A DNA stretch of 63,966 nucleotides, filler included, from Reclinomonas americana ATCC 50394 (Eukaryota): assembly GCA_048213135.1 (NCBI GenBank). It is 13 parts of 13 records of this genome, joined end to end, with 100 filler letters (N's around TTAATTAATTAA, not from the genome) between each part and the next. Parts side by side here need not be neighbours in the genome. Positions count along the whole stretch, not along the records: positions 60,331 to 62,837 come from AFZH01019314.1; positions 62,938 to 63,966 come from AFZH01019437.1; 11 more parts are not named here. One strand, written 5' to 3'. Shown piece by piece: positions 60,599 through 63,966 of this stretch. The notes under the pieces were generated by a model. The model was given only the letters and a program-made list of their open reading frames with translations. It ran no database searches and was not told where the DNA came from. The translations under genes and the position numbers were made by a program. The first letter of the stretch is position 1. Every line of letters begins with the position of its first letter.

Positions 60599-62781
60599 AT
60601 GGGTTGCACAGTGTCGGATGCGCGTGGTGCTCCGCGTGAGAGACCATATAGGTTGGAGAACGTGCAGCCGGCGTTTCACGGTCGGAACTCGGTGGCCGGC
60701 TCATGTGCAGGCAACGGAGGCCGCGCCTTCTCCCGCTCCACACGGTGTCCAGTGGACGACCTAGCACTCGCGCACCAGTTGGTAGCAGAGGTACGCGAGT
60801 GGGGAAAATGCTCCGCAGCACTCGATATCCACGCGTGCCCCCTAAAATAACATGTTGTTGTTGCACGCACGCAGAGTGGCACCGATTCCATCGGCACTTC
60901 CAACGCCTCGTCACGGCACGTGCGCTTCTACTCCTCTTCAGCAGTGACGGCAGCACATTTGACACAACCGAGCGACGGCGACTATGTGAGTGGCGAGTTT
61001 ACGGCTCACACACCGGAGAGGGCGGCGGCGTTGCGCCAGCAGATGCTGCTGCAAAAGAGCCTCGGTGAGTTACCTGTGTGAAGGGAGGGAGAGGGAGAGA
61101 GAAGGAGTGCGTGTGGGAGGAAATGAGAGGTGAGCAGTTTCGGAGGTCGCCCGTCGCAGAGAGAGTGTGGCTTGGTCCGTTGTTGCCATGTATCCGTTTT
61201 GTTCGGAAATAGGGGACTTGTCGTGCGAGGTGGTTCGTACCTGACCCTCTCTATCTTTCCCCTCCGCTGTCAACAGAGATGGGTGCAGGAACGGCCGACG
61301 ACGAGGCTGTAGCTGGTTTCCGACCAGTATCATCTGCCGGCGCAGCGGCTGTGGCCAAGTTGCGCAGCAGCGCTTACGGATCGTCGGAGGCGTCGTCAAA
61401 CTCGTCGTACGAGCGGCTACGAGTGCGCACAGTGCAGGAGAACTTCCACCCACTGGCCTCACCCGAGGCCATGAAGATCCCTGTCGACGGCTTCCGTCGC
61501 CCCATTGTGCAGCGATCGACCTCGCAGCCGACGTATGTGATGCCGCGGCACACTGAATCGTCGGTGCTGGCCGCCATGCCGCCCATGGGTCAGACGCGCA
61601 TCCGCCCCGGCTTCTGCATTCCCGACTTTGGCGACAGCTGCGACAATGTGGAGAATGTGATGCCCGGCGACAGCAACGCCAGCATCGACCACCACCAGCA
61701 GCAGCAAAAGATGGCGGCTCATGCCTTTGGTCAGACCGAAGATGAGGCCGCCATGGCGGCTGCCGTGGCGGCTGCCACCGCTGCCTCGGTCGCTACGACC
61801 ACCACGGCCACGACAATGACCACGATGATTGTCGACTCGTCCACAACGGCGAACATGTCGGCACCGGTGCAGCTGACGCACATTGAGATGCCGCAGCGCG
61901 TGCCAGTGGTGTTCTCCACCGAGCCACAACACATGCGAGAGCAGCTGGCGGCCATTCGTCGTGCGGAGAGCAAGATCTCGTCACCGGATCGAAGGGCATC
62001 GGGACCATTGCCATTGCATGAGGGTTTGTTGTTTCTCCCTGTGTGTCCATAGGTGCACTGCGGACTCACTCAACGTGGGATGCTCGTAGATGGCACTGCA
62101 CGTGTAGATCCAACGACGGCATTCACTCGTCTGGGCGAGTCACGAATGCTGCCGCTGAGCAACTCGAATGTGAAGATGTGGACGATGCTGACGGCTGGAC
62201 AGAACGCGCATGTTCCACAACATCACCAGAATCATCTGGTGCGTGTGCAGCAAAGACTTTCTCCTCCTCCTGTTCCTTCATCTCATCACAGACACACACA
62301 GGTCCGACACTGGCTGAACGAGACCATGGCGGAGACGTATCAGCTGCAAGTACGACCGGTGCTCGGAGGCACCAACACGACTGGTGACAACGCCGGTGGC
62401 ACGGCGGCAGGGGCGACACCGACCACGGTGAAGAACATGACGCGACCGGGCACTCTGCCACCACTGCAAAAGATGCAGCGCTTTGTGGGACCGGTTGCGG
62501 CCGCCGCACCACCACGGCTCTCGGTTGACGTGCCGCCGACAGCCACGGTGCCGTGTGTCATCAGTCGGCCGAGCTCGCCAAGTAGCATGCCACAGTGTGC
62601 AGTCGACGACGGCGTCGTGGGAGACAACGACGGGTATCACCAGCAGCAGGGGACTGCCGGCATGCTGGGTGTGTCACCCCGCTCGGCCGTGACCTCGCTC
62701 TCTCGCGACGGTGCACTGACCATGGCCAGCGCCTTCCTGGACGCTTCGCCGAATCCATCACCTCGGAGTGACTTGGTATGA
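60599..62781 (+). CDS. Hypothetical low-complexity protein with MGCxxS dual-acylation N-terminus
   Basis: Starts MGCTVSDAR; GT-AG introns link it to long ORFs 61279-62052 and 62053-62781; no recognisable domain. Confidence 0.55.
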
Positions 62782-62937
62782 GCAGCAGCAGCCGCGTGGT
62801 AGGCTGGCTGGCTGCCCGGGCCGCGGAGTTTGTAACTNNNNNNNNNNNNNNNNNNNNNNNNNNNNNNNNNNNNNNNNNNNNTTAATTAATTAANNNNNNN
62901 NNNNNNNNNNNNNNNNNNNNNNNNNNNNNNNNNNNNN

Positions 62938-63016
<79 letters not shown>

Positions 63017-63121
63017 CACTTGTCTCTCTCATATCTTTCATGACCTTGCCAACAGTCCCTTCTCTCTCCTTCTCTCTCTCTCTCTCTCCTCTCCCCCTCT
63101 CTCTCTCCCCTTATCACTCAC

Positions 63122-63443
63122 CCTGCAACGCCACCGGAATCGCCTCCCGCTGAATCTCCGTCGGCGCACTCCACTTGAGCGCACGACACGATCCACACAG
63201 TTGCGAGCACACTCCCAGTGCCTCGAATGTTGTCTCTTCAACCACAGCCGGCGCCGAAGACAAAGACGAGGAAGACGAGGAACCGGCCATGTGCACATTC
63301 ACATCATCCACCGACGACCCATCCTCGTCATCCTCATCCTCTTCGTCGTCGTGATCCTCTTCCTCCTCCTCTGTCTCCATCTCCTCCTCCTCCTCGTCCT
63401 CGGGCTTCTCCTGCTTGCGGTGGTGCTTGCTGCCTGCGCGCAT
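63122..63443 (-). CDS. DDX47: DEAD-box RNA helicase DDX47/RRP3-like, first exon
   Basis: Acidic N-terminus, then TFEALGVCSQLCGSCRALKWSAPTEIQREAIPVALQG (Q motif) and a gtgagt donor. Confidence 0.8.
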
Positions 63444-63611
63444 GATTGATGACGATGTGGTGATGACGTGGCAGCTTCGTTTGTCTACAATTCCTAAAAA
63501 AATGAGAGGAAACACGCTCGGAGTATGACAGTCTCTCTCTGTCTCTTTGCTTTGTGGTATGCAAACGGGTGGAACAAGGGAAAAAAGCAGCAAAAAAAAT
63601 CAAAAAGTAAA

Positions 63612-63683
63612 GGACCCGTGTGGGGATCGAACCCACGGCCTCCAGTACCCAAAACTGGAATGATACCACTACACCAACGGATC
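63612..63683 (-). tRNA. tRNA-Pro(UGG)
   Basis: 72-nt cloverleaf: acceptor GATCCGT/ACGGGTC, anticodon arm CCAGT-TTTGGGT-ACTGG, T arm GTGGG-TTCGATC-CCCAC, discriminator C, downstream T-runs (Pol III terminator). Confidence 0.96.
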
Positions 63684-63788
63684 ACAGCTCATCGATTCAA
63701 GCGAATCGCACGCACGGCATGGTTGCGCTCTGCGGAGACGAATTGTTGGACTGACAACTCAAACTCAACAAAAGCTCGTTTTACACTC

Positions 63789-63966
63789 ATGGAGGCCGCC
63801 GTGGAAGCTGTGCGTGAGGGTGAGCAGCACAAGGTCGCGCAGATGCTGGCCACTGGGCGAGTGGACATCAATCAGAGGGTGAGTGGGCTGTGAGAGGCGA
63901 GAGGGAAGAGCTGTCTCTCACACTGTGTGGCAGGATGCTGATGGGCGAACACTGTTGCACTGGGCT
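63789..63966 (+). CDS. Ankyrin-repeat protein, 5' end
   Basis: MEAAVEAVREGEQHKVAQMLATGRVDINQR|DADGRTLLHWA joined by a gtgagt...cag intron. Confidence 0.85.

Noticed and set aside
1..63966. CRISPR arrays, prokaryotic operons, transposase or reverse-transcriptase genes
   Set aside because: None seen; there is no repeat-spacer structure and the genes carry spliceosomal introns.

Overview
Eukaryotic nuclear DNA from a very compact, intron-rich genome, most likely a protist; the lineage cannot be assigned from this window. It is GC-rich, with mostly ~50-110 nt GT-AG introns, many (CA/GT)n and (CT/GA)n tracts, and intergenic distances often under 150 bp. Twelve artificial 100-nt gaps (N44-TTAATTAATTAA-N44) interrupt the scaffold, and some genes continue across them. 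Genes reconstructed by hand-splicing: kinase-less Roco (LRR-Roc-COR), atypical Ras-family GTPase, ARM-repeat protein, site-2 protease, two PH-domain proteins, EPG5-like protein, cytosolic carboxypeptidase (CCP6-like), GH76, carbonyl-reductase-type SDR, tandem divergent transportin paralogues, WD40 protein, coiled-coil protein, NAD(P)HX epimerase, EF-hand protein, TAP42/alpha4, UvrD/Srs2-type helicase, DDX47/RRP3, an ankyrin protein, and tRNA-Pro(UGG). The strongest unexplained signal is a second, abundant class of 5' splice sites with an extra T at +3 (GTTGCG, GTTTCG, GTTGAG, GTTTAG; conserved G at +6 instead of +5), inferred at more than 20 introns. All exon boundaries are manual inferences without RNA data, and CDS coordinates span introns.
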